Positions 26,572 through 38,400 of a stretch of DNA of 64,000 nt are shown here, piece after piece. The notes beneath the pieces were generated by a model that saw only the letters and a program-made list of their open reading frames with translations, was not told the origin of the DNA and searched no databases. The position numbers and the translations under genes were made by a program. The first letter of the stretch is position 1; every line of letters starts with the position of its first letter. This stretch comes from Kudoa neothunni (lineage: Eukaryota; Animalia; Cnidaria): the NCBI GenBank assembly GCA_964304625.1, contig OZ199838.1:4365354-4429353 (forward strand), given 5' to 3'.

Positions 26572-28272
26572 GGCTAAACGTTGAACAGCTTTAAATCCAG
26601 CAGGATGCGCGCATTCAAGCAGAATGTTATCAGGATCTCAACATCCTTAATTGTTGGTTTACCTTCTAACATTGTTGATTTTATTCTCTCTGTAATTATT
26701 CATTATTAAAACAATAACAAAGATTTATATGGCTGTAATTATTTCAATTCATCACTCTTGGCTCTAGCTTTTATACTATTCAGGAGTATGGGCCGATAAA
26801 GTGTTAAACCACTTTTTATACGTTTTTTAATAATATAAAGGAAGGTAAAATATCAATCGGAATACATTAATATTCCGTAAAGTGTTCATAGTTTCAAAAT
26901 GGTTATATTTTTAGATTAAAGGTTGCAATTAGTTTGGGTATAAATTCTACATTTTTTAAATCAACTTAGTATAACATTTTCTAGCAATTTGCCCATATTT
27001 CATCTAATGATTTATTTTTGGTAATAAAAATAAACATTAGATACGATTGAACATTTAATAATTCCATTGAATATTAAATTCTTGTTATTGTTGCATTCAA
27101 GGACCTTTCCCATGCGCTCGCGTTCTATCTTCCCACGAATAATTCTTTGTAACTAATCATCTCAAATAACAAAATTTTTTCTTACAATTTTCAATTCATC
27201 CCATCAATCCCACTAACACTCACTTTTCTATCCTATATTCAAACCCCAATTGTCTACAAAATGGTAAAAAAAATTACATTGGTAACCTTACCCATACATC
27301 CAATTTTTGTCATGGGAAACGATCCTACCTCTGCTCCACCACAATTCCCATAACGCGGCTGCGGCGAAAAAAATGAGACACTTATATAAAACACCCTATT
27401 TTGATTAATTCTCGAATCCATCTATTTTTCTGCCTTAGTTTAATTTGTATTTTTTCGCGGATACAACACTTACAGACAACAAGTTAATATTAAGTAATTT
27501 TTAAGAAGGAAATTTTGATAATCCGTAAAAATAACAGTTAGAACACTCAAATTCTAGAGCATGAGAACATTCTTTGTTCGGTTGGGTGTTAATAACTTTA
27601 AAAATAATTAAGAGGGGCTAGGAGTTCAATACAATATTACAGCAAACATTATTCATAACAAATAGAATGCTAACTGAAATATCTTTATGTATCAACAATT
27701 ACAAATACAAAAAATTAAAATATCAACATGATCGGTTTTTAATGTAATCGCTGATTTGGATTACGACCACCGTTCTATATTTTTACCAAAAATTTCTTAC
27801 TTCTGATAACAATATTGATTATATGAGAATTTTTAAGTGAATTAACAAGTTTTTGTAGCGGCATCATCCTTTCAAATGCACATTAAAAGTTGTATTGATA
27901 AAATTCATCCATGGCACATGCTTACTACTGCTACCATACTCACAATCAAACACAAGGAAACCACTATTTTATGTATTTAGATTGCATATTTAGCTACTAT
28001 TCTACTGTTGTTTGGATAATCCAATCAAAGGAAAAAGAGTTGACTAGGAGGCTAAAAAAAGGGTGTTCGACAATGAAACCGTAACTGCCGCTGGATATTA
28101 CGATTTCGATCCACAAGAACTACTCAAGGCTATTGCTTCTGCGCTGTTTCTCTACGTCATGATTTAAACTGTAATCGGACTGTACGCTAAATACTTAGCG
28201 TAATGCATCTGCACTTATCGTTCGGTCAAATGAGGTTAGAGTAGATGTGTGAATTATCAAAGAACTTTAGGT

Positions 28273-28380
28273 CAGTGTTTCCAACGTGGGGCCTGAACAA
28301 CATTTTGATGGGGCATGGAAATTTTTGAACATTTAACGAACCGCTATGGTGGGACGCGGGAAATAATGAGATAATCGGGA
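28273..28380 (+). mobile_element. hAT (Buster/Charlie-like) terminal fragment
   Basis: CAGTGTTTCCAACGTGGGG terminus preceded by CTTTAGGT (central TA, Buster-type target). Partner end not identified. Confidence 0.35.
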
Positions 28381-29249
28381 AGTATGACGCACTTTGAAGT
28401 CTATACCACGATCTTACGATATTGTTTATTTCCAAGTGACGATTAACATCCAAAAAATAAAAAAAGCAATGGTTAATTACATTAATAATAATAATAATAA
28501 TAAACTTGTCCTTTACTCGAATAGAATCAGAATGGTTTTAATCTCAATCTTGTCCCATTTAGAATTGTATATCCCTTTTTTTGATTAGACCTAATATAAT
28601 ATTGATTAATTTTGTGTTTATATTAGTTATTTTCCGTTTATTAGCACCGTGTATACATGTATGTCTTTTCTAACGAAGTTTGGATGTACCGCGGGTTTCA
28701 CTTGAAGCTGTTTTTGACAGAATAAAGAACTAAAGATGTTAATTTTTAAGTTACATCGATAAATTAAGCTAGATCTAATTGAATAAATTTTAATTTTAAT
28801 GTGAAAAGAAGTATATATTAATTTCTTCCAAATTTAAATGAGATAGGGAGCTTAGTTCAAAGTTATAAACAAGTTTCGTTCAAAAATTAATACTTTTGAA
28901 AAGAGAAATACACGAAAAATTTTAAAAAAATGCAGGATGCGATAGAGAAAGACTAGAAAACTCTCCTTGGGTTATAAAAATTTTTCCACGCAGCCCAAAC
29001 GGTCAACACCAGGGCGTCCAATGAGACTATTGAAAAAACCTCAAGGTCGTAAGGAAAACACAATAATATTATTAAAATAACAAAAAAAATTATTTCAAAC
29101 GCGGTTTCTAATTATTGTCGTCATTTGAATCGTCTATATCATCTTCACAACCCTCAATTAGGAGGTTGATCTATTTTTCAAGCGCTCAAAGTATCGTTGG
29201 CTAACAACACCGCTGTTCACATCATGTATTGGTTTATTTGTTGGTTGCG

Positions 29250-29851
29250 ACGTCAAACGCATATTATTATTTCCACTGGTCAGATTCTTTGCGATAAGTT
29301 TACGTTTTACAGTTTCAACCTTTAATGAATTAGTTTAATTTTTACTGTGTTCATTCATGAATAAATTCGTTCAACATTTGCAGTAGCTGGAATTGTTGTC
29401 CTTAGCATCTTGATCAAGCCAATATTTAAAATCTACTTTAAACCAATCTTGATTGAAGCTCATATTATACCAAGCTTTTTTTAGCTCCGTTTGAATTTTC
29501 ATACATACATTAAAATAACATACGTCAACAACTTCAACATATGTTATTAAAAAACTATAAAATTTAAAGACAGTGTTGAAATATCCAAATATACTCGCAG
29601 AATAATAAGAAGAATTGATTAAATAACAATTATCCAAGGGTTAGAAACACAGCTCGTTTCCGACCACCGCGATATCTTTTTAAAATTTTGAATAATTTTA
29701 ATTCTCTCCACTCTTAAAACAATAAATATGATTATTCTACCTAATTCCAAAACTTATTATTTATAAATTGATCTCAAAAAATTCAATAATCTAGAAGTTT
29801 TGTAAATAAACCAAAAAACCCAAGGTTTGGATGTCCTGGTCAGCACCCCTG
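29250..29851 (-). mobile_element. hAT-type transposon 5' relic
   Basis: Terminus CAGGGGTGCTGACCAGG (reverse complement, ending 29851). It is followed on the minus strand by SFNQDWFKVDFKYWLDQDAKDNNSSYCKC, resembling the N-terminal FxxxW..FKxWL..D...YCKxC zinc-finger region of hAT-like transposases. Confidence 0.55.
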
Positions 29852-30179
29852 AGGCATCGAGGGACGTTGGATTCTTAAGAGTGTGGTTGTCTCGAAACGA
29901 TGTTTCTGAGGGAGTTAATTAAATTCTTAAGCAACGACAAAAAGGTAAGACATGAATGGCCTGTAACCTACCGAAGTATTTACAGCTTTTATGGAGTGGG
30001 CTGGAACTCCCCTGCCAAACAACTGCACTAAATGCTTTCCTCGTAAACAAAAATAACATTGAAGTCAGAACAGTGACAACAATTTTCTTATATATAATTC
30101 AGTCTATGTATTTATTCTTATATAAAAATAATAATTCTTGAATAATTATCAGCAATGTGAAATAAACTATTTTTAAGCT

Positions 30180-30520
30180 GCGTTTTGGAGAATTGGTGTT
30201 ATTACGACAATTTCCGATAAAGTAATATTAAAATTCATTGGCATTTGGGGGTGATTATCTGCTGGAATGAATGTGAACCAAATGAGAGGACCAAATTGTA
30301 TATTTTGCCAACTTTTCATCAACAATTCCAAACAACAAAACAAAACTATTATCGAATATCAAGTGAAATCCATAGCATAGGGACGGTTATCGGTTTTAAA
30401 CAAGAATTTAGAATATCGATATTGTTGTAATCCGCGATAAATATCCTAAATCGGACTTACATCTGTTGGCCATACCCCAGCAGCACATAGCTACTGTATC
30501 AGATCTGACCATAGAAAATC
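30180..30520 (+). mobile_element. piggyBac transposase relic
   Basis: KLYILPTFHQQFQTTKQNYYRISSEIHSIGTVIGFKQ then RYCCNPR*..IGL resembles piggyBac KLxKxRP..F...Y.P...SIDExxIxFKGR..YxPxKPxKxGL, with stops and frameshifts. Confidence 0.5.
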
Positions 30521-31246
30521 TCGTGATTTGTATGTTAAATATTGATTAATATTCCTAAATACTAGTTCCTGGCTGAACATAAGATTTAAAATAATTAAAT
30601 AAGAGCTAATAATGTTCCCAATCCTCTAATATACTAATTTAGACAATAAACCATTGGCATTACTTAAATGAGCGCGCATTGTTTATAACTTTTCTCTCAA
30701 ATGTAATTTTTTATTTAAGAAGTAATTTGGTAAACATTTAGTAAAAGAACTGGAGACGAGAATTATTGAAGTGGCTACGAAAATAGGATTCGATGCTAGA
30801 GATAGTGTGTAAGTCGCAATTGACTTTATGTGACGATAACTCCCCCCAAGTATAGGTTATCATAAATGGCCATTTATCCACATCAACCATTTGCATCTAC
30901 ATCTGATTTATCCATTCTCAAAAGTTGGATATTTAAGCCGATTAATTTACAGAGACAACAGCCTTTGTTTTATATCAGTAATCCAAACAATACAAATACA
31001 ATGGATTCATTTAAATTTAGAGCAAAAAAATAATAGCCGACTTAGAAAAAAGCAATGGATAATTGAAAAAATATAAAAAAATTATTATGATTGATACAAT
31101 TGTTGTCTGTCTATTCGATAGGAAGTCCAAATTCATCAACTTTCAATCCACTTTTCTAAACAAAGATATAAATCGCTCATAAAAATGCTTAAATTAATCA
31201 GATAAAAGCTCCCAAAAATCAACTTGAGTATATTAGGCAAAATAAA

Positions 31247-32213
31247 CTATACCGTTTTAGAATTGGAAGCATTTAATAAAACAGGTTGTTTAGTGGAGTT
31301 GGTTTGTTTGGTAGAGGTGGATTGTTGTCGTTGTTGTGGGGGGTCAGCTGAAATGGAGGTAGGTAATGAGTCGACAGTGGTTAGGTTTTGGTTGACACCG
31401 ATATCGTCGAGCAGTTTACCAGTTTTTCCCTCGTCCGCGCACATAACTTCAAGATCTTCGAATTCTAAGTTCCAGCATACCAAAAATTATCATCACAAAT
31501 TAATCCATTAAATTTACCGGCCATAAGGTCTTCCTCATTGTATGATTCTTCGTCAAAATTTTCACCTAATAAAAAGTTGATTTCATTCGCTTCGTCCATC
31601 AAATCCTTCATGTCATCGGTTACACTCTATGTACATATCCAATAATTGAATCACACTAGCACAACCAGCGGCAAATACTTCAATTTTATCAAGATTGACC
31701 TTGCGCATGTTTTGTTTGATGGCTCTGGTGCCCGTTTGGATGGCGTCGCTCTACGTCAACAAAAATCACATTAAAAATTATATTCAAATCAACGTTTTGG
31801 TTCAGCATACCATTACCACGGCGTTTTCCATACTGTGAACTGCATAATTCATATTATCCAAGTTAAATGATTGTTGGCGCACTCTGTCCAATTGAGATTC
31901 ATATCTAAACTCGCACATAAAACCAGTCCTAAATTCTTCTTATTCGTTTACTGCTTGCGCTGTTTAAGTAATCGCATAGCCTTATTTTTTATCACGTTTT
32001 TAGCTGTTTGTGTGGTGGCGTTTTTCATTTGGTTATTCAATGTTGTTAATTCAGCATTCAGTTTATCAATTCTTGCTTCAATGTGATCTCCTTGCTTGTC
32101 CACCTTAATAAAATCACATTAGTTAGAGAAGCAAATTATTAACAAACCATAGTAATCGCTCCATCTAATGTGGCTCTTTCTCTGGGTTTGTTAGACCCAA
32201 AAAACCTTTTCAT
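31247..32213 (-). CDS. CHMP5: Charged multivesicular body protein 5 (ESCRT-III, Vps60), 6 exons
   Basis: MKRFFGSNKPRERATLDGAITM|VDKQGDHIEARIDKLNAEL...IKNKAMRLLKQRKQ|YESQLDRVRQQSFNLDNMNYA...|SDAIQTGTRAIKQNMRKVNLDKIE|SVTDDMKDLMDEANEIN..EEDLMA|EFEDL matches CHMP5 (KQKAxRVLKQKRMYE, QQSFNMEQANY). Five short GT-AG introns. Confidence 0.93.
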
Positions 32214-32346
32214 TTTGCTCCGTTCTATAGCTCTAAATGTCTAGGCACCTTTTCTCACAATTACTTCACGTTGGTGAAGGAAAACTGGTTGGACTTATCA
32301 CACTCAGCAGCTAATCCACCGTTTTAAGGACTTAACAGTTAACTGT

Positions 32347-32358
32347 TGCGCCTGCGCA
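32347..32358. promoter_or_regulatory. NRF1-like GC-rich motif (TGCGCCTGCGCA) upstream of CHMP5
   Basis: Near-palindromic 12-mer similar to the NRF1/EWG consensus YGCGCAYGCGCR, about 135 bp upstream of the CHMP5 ATG in an otherwise AT-rich spacer. Confidence 0.3.
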
Positions 32359-32438
32359 CAAAGTATAAACAATACAATTCATATTTTAAATTCGAAAATA
32401 ATAACGAAATATAACATAATTATGTTGAAAGGGTTGAA

Positions 32439-35400
32439 TTAACGACGTTGATCCCTTGGGTGATCATTGTTATTCCTACTTTTGTAGACTTCTCTATCAA
32501 CATGACTGTGGTTGGCCCTTTTTGAGACAGTATTGGATCCATTGAATGTGGAATTAGAATTAGTTGACTGTTGTTGCTGCTGCTGTTGTTGGTTTCTCCT
32601 AGCAAGCCGAAGGCTATGCCTGGCAGTGACCAAATCCGATTTACTAACCTATAAGTAGTATATAAGTATTATCGGATATTTATACATTAGAAATTGGTAT
32701 ATTAAATAAGCAAAAAATACACTAGAATAAGTTGATGTCATATTATCAGAGGTTGGATTGTTAACAGTAGAGGGAGCAGGGTTAGGTGTATTATCTAAAG
32801 TAGTAGCTAGCTCTTTATTTCTGGTGTAAGCTACATCTAAATTATAGGGAAATCATATGGTTTGAACAAAAATAATTAATATTTACCACTACTGCTATAA
32901 CTGGAAGTCGAAGTTCCAGAAGAGTTTGATTTGACTCCAGAACGAGCGCGTCTTTCAGATGACAATAAAGTGTAGAAATTGTTTGAATTATCTTTAGTGG
33001 TTCTACTACCGCTATTATTACTTCCAGTGGTGTTATTTAAAGATGTTAATGAGGCGGTGTGTTGCTGAGGATTGGGTGAGGATTTTTTTTGAGAGACTGG
33101 TTCAATATTTTGAGGTGAATTAAGTTTGGAACGTTTAGCTTCGAATGTAGTGGAACCAATAGGACTTGAACCGGTAGTTGTTTTATTATTAATTAAGAAG
33201 TCAACTGCCGTGGTATCAATGCGGCGCTTTTCTTTTGAGGTCATAATATTCGAATCTCCACCACCACTTGTAAAAGCAATAGTGGATCTGGATTTTTGGC
33301 GAACACTACTACTACTTTCTACAGGAGATGCAACTTGATTTGAAACTACAGAGGAGGTGTTTACAACAATTGAAGTTGAAGCTGGCTGAACAAAATCGTT
33401 TGAAGTAGCACTCAGGGTGGTATCAGCCGCTTTGGTGTTTCCACTATTGGAATTGGATCGTTTTTTAAATTCAATTTTACAAAATGCGCTGTCGGCAATA
33501 AATTCGCTTTTTCTGCCACGAAGAATACCCGTATAACTTAACGCTAATGCGTACAGGTCAGGGCGTTGATCTTTTTCGCGTTGACATAACATTAAAACGT
33601 TTTTCTCCAACAATTCGGCAAATGAACCTATTTTCGGATAGTGATCGATAATTTTTGTCAGCAGTAATATGGTATTTCTTATTTGATAATATTCGCCCGA
33701 TCGAATACAACCAATAAACACCTAAATTTGGAGTATCTATTATTTGAAAATTTCCACTACGAGAGAATACCTTAGTCATACGAGAATGCCATTTAAACAC
33801 AACCAATCTGTATTGTTCGTAGTCCATAGAACAATTCCAAGGTTGTTGATGTTGTTGCGATGCTTGTCGGATAGGAGAACATTCTAACCTTTTCTCATCA
33901 AAATTTGTTAGGTTAGAATCCAACTGACCAGACTTAGTTTGATGTCTTCCAAACACCATAAAACAAGGATGATTATAACACTGCTGTTCGTAGATTTTAA
34001 TGTCTGAATGCCAACTCATAACCACTTCAAGAAGTGTATTCAAAAACCGACCAAACAAGGCAGTTTCAACTTCTGTAAAACTGATCAGAACTGGGAATAT
34101 ATTTGTGAATATTTTATCGAGTATGTGAATGGTGGAGAAATGGAGAGTCTTGGTTTGATGTAATAATATTATGAAGTGTGCAGTGAATACTGCATCAGAT
34201 ATTGAAAATACGCATCGTGGATATATACATAGTTGATAGAAATAAGTATTCGCATCTGAAATTGCTCCCTCTATTTTAATAAATGATAAAAATGTGGAAA
34301 ACAGTCAAATTTTTTTGGGTTTTCAAGTAGAAATAATTTTTGTTAATATTTTTTAATGTTTCAGTATTTATCTCTACTACAATCCTAATCAAATGGATGA
34401 TTTATTCCAAAAATTCTCAAGACTCATCCATTTACTTTTAAAAATATATATATTTAACACCATTAAAGATTTAAAATTCAAAAATAATTGAATTAATTTG
34501 TTTAAAACACAATATCGTTAGAATATTTAAAGGATTCTAATTCTAATACGACATAGGATGGTGTTATTATTAAAGGGCCCAAAAAATATTAATGGTAATT
34601 AAAGGTCATTAATGAATGTTATTAGAATCCCCCAGATAATAATTAATTACATTTTGACAATATAAACTGGTAGTACATGTAAGTGGGTTTCCTGCTTTAT
34701 TACTGCCCTAATATGGCAATCGGCTACAACAATCAAACGATTACAGTTGAAGATATGTCAAAAATAAGAAAAATAAATGCTCTGAATTTTTATTTTTGTG
34801 TGTGCGCATAATTGTTGAAATTAAATTGAATGAATTTTATTAACTCGTAAAAAACCAGCGTAAGTTTATATATTTATATTATTGATAGTATATATTAATT
34901 TATTGTCAATATATGTGATACAGTAAGAATGTATATGAAATGAGAGCATTAGTGACTAAATTTATATAAAAAAACTTAATTTAAATTTGATCTATCCTTA
35001 TTTTTATATCACAAAATGTTAGAATACCTATAGGAATCTATTAATACCAAAAAAAATGACCTTTAATTATCAAGCATTAGAATCCTCAAGATAGTAGTTA
35101 ATTACTTTATTATATATATAAACTACTATTATCTCGAAGTAGATTACTGTTGTATTTTTGATCATAGTGTTATGAATAATAGGTGCAACAATCATAACAC
35201 AAAACTTCGATATTTACGCTAAACAATTACGTTATAATATAATAGTTTTATTTATTAGTGAAATAATTGTTATAATTAATTACGGTGATTATGTTAATAT
35301 AAAAACTAATTAATCGTGAAACAAACAATTAGAAAAATTGAATATAATGTTAAATTGGAATAAATTTATTTGTCACTACTTACATATCTAATAATTGTTA

Positions 35401-38400
35401 ATTAAATCAAATTTTTTCTAACAAAATTATACGTTCTATATGATAAAGAATAATGCACATTACTTTCTCGGTAAACAATACGTTAATTCCCAGCCTGGAT
35501 AAGTATTTGTCAAAGAAAGTTAATAAATTAAGAGATAATGTATTTATTAAACCAATTTTACATAATTAAATAAATACAAATAAAATTCATTTTATGACTA
35601 GTGATTTTTTGATTTCTATTATACATTTCAAAACTTTATAACAAATATTCAGCAACTCAATTTTAATCAATTGACGCATTTACAAAACTGAAACTTTAAC
35701 AACTAATCCCCGATCTTATACACTTAAAACATGTAACTATATGCTTTAGTTTTAGCAAATTTTCCAATTAAATAGATAGCTAAAGTACATGTTAACTCAA
35801 AATCAGGCTCTCATTTCCTCCTGTATGATAAAATAAATTGGAAATATAGATTCTAAAGTCAAAAGAGAATAATTATGAAAAAGAACCCACCTATAAATGA
35901 GTAAACAAAATTCATTCCTAGTAAGAGGGAATTACATTAAAATATTATAACATTTTTTAAAAGAATTACTTATTATAAATAAATTTTAACACATGTAATT
36001 GAATTAAAATGTATTATCAAAAATATTTATCACCAATCTATTCAAATTTATCTCCATGATGTTATCGCACATATTTTGTTGTAAATCTATTTAAATTAAA
36101 AAGGGTAAGATTATATGTATTGTTTTTAGATAATTAAAATTATATAATGTTATAATTACTCGTTTTAAATCATTTATAAGCATAATTACCACGGAACAAC
36201 GAAAAATAAAAAGTCACGTGGTAGTCGGTCGTACGTACTTTTTGTTTTGACCGCGTGATTAAATTAAGCATTTTCTTTCTTTTTTTACAGCGATTAAACA
36301 GTTTGTGAGTTTTTATGGTTACATTAATGTGGTAGCTAGTTGAAAAATGAAGAATAAACATAGACACATGTTATAGATATATAGTAGTGAGGTTTATAAT
36401 GATGTCCTCTCTAACTCATAGTAATAACAATGGCGCGATGACAGTCCCTCCGCAATAATTAAAAAACGGAAGATGAAATTATTGATCACAAATTGAGTCT
36501 TTCAGAGATGGCCTCATTTTATTTAGAAGGGCTTGGCGACTATTTTAGACATCATGGCTCAAAAAAGTGGGAGTCAATATCTGATTCCGCTTGGGGTGTT
36601 TGTTCAATTTAAATCGTATTTAAAAAAATAATAAATGTTTTTTGTCAGTAACGTTTAAGTTATAGCCAATTTTGTTTTTTAACATTTCTATGCGCGTTCC
36701 CGGAAATTGTCCGTACGACTGGTCCATTACTGTATTTCTCAGCGTATCATGAAGAAAATGAAGTAAATAACTCCAAATTAATGTTAACATCAGAGTTAAA
36801 GAAGTAATGAGTTTCAGATTAATAATAAATACCTACCCAAGTATTAAGGAATTAAATTGATGAGTTTTAGGGGTTCTGACGTCCTCGATTTGAAGATGGA
36901 AGAGGCTGTTTCTGTGGTAAATTTTAAAATCAATTTGATGTACACATACACGGTTTCATTTTTAATCCCAACAACATTTCTCTTAAAATGCTTACAGATT
37001 CAATTTTTTTGAATCCGCTATATTTAATTATTTCAGGCTCGCCATTTCGTTCTGAAGAGACGGGAATAATTTAAGTCAAAACTAGTAACACCGGATTGGT
37101 ATTTACCACGCAAATAGCACTTTCTTAATAAACTGGAAGCTTCTGTCTAACTGATATAATTAAATTATAAAAACGAATCTATTCTCATCTCATGTCTTTA
37201 AATGCGCACAACTTGTTAAATTTACTCGCTAAAGCGAAAAAAATTTACTCCTGCTTTCAAATTTAAATAGGAGAAGGAGAATAAATTCACGAAAAGACGG
37301 AAAAATAAATCACACTCAAGTCAATATAACGTACTGAAAATCATTACCTCATTTTAATTCAAAATATATTGGATGATGTAAATTTTAAGCTCTTAGGTAG
37401 AATATGTAATTATTGGCGTTTATTTATTGAAAAATAATATTCACGCATAAAAGAATTAATTTTCTTTAATAAAGTTTTAGACGTGTTAGTACTCGTTTTG
37501 TCAAACTAATAATTAAAACCAAAAGCTTTGAGATTAAATATATGCAATTTCTGTTATCGTAATATATTATTCAAAATTTCCCGTGCAAGTTAATTCCAAA
37601 TTAATTTTATGAAATCAAATAATATTAAAAAATTATCCAAAAAAAATATAATGCAATTTCTTGTATTTAATTGATTTCTAATAGCGAACCTTTCTTTTCA
37701 TTAACTACGACAAAAGTTAAAAAAACAATTAAAAACTTTTCTTAATGAATGAAGTATTATTAGAATGGATATAAAAAAATTTATCTGCCAATTATTAAGT
37801 TAAATTATTAAAGTAAATGATTAAATAAAACGTACCCAATCTTAAAGTAAAATAAAGGAATGACTTATTTTTTAACATTTAATATTTATTAAAAACTGAA
37901 ACTAAAACAAGCCAAAATTAATTGAGAATAATTAAGAGTAATTGTAAAAAATACTTTTAGGGAAAAAATTCTGCCCATGTTTTTCGAACCAACTTACCAC
38001 ATGTTGATAGTGGCTACTGTGTGAGTTTTTGTCGTTGGTCAATAGAAGTATTTGATTTTTGAGTTTGTCTTTTTCTTTTTTGGGCAAGTTGGATTCTTTT
38101 CGATCGCTTGAAGAGTTACCTAACTTTTGGTTGGTTTTCGAAATAGCTTCATCATATTTGGCCGAAGGGAAACAAATATCATATAGATCCAACAACCAAA
38201 ATACACAAAACAGTTTTCTACTGATGTACTGTTGAATGTCAGCAGGAAGTACACTCTCGTCGCACATTTCTTCATATTGTTTGATTTGAAGTTGATAAAT
38301 ACTTTCAAAGTCTTCAAAGTTTAATTCTGCATGTTTAGTGAAATCAATTTTGACTGCCTTAAAAAACCCGCTTCTAATGAAATAGAAAATAGTATCGTGG

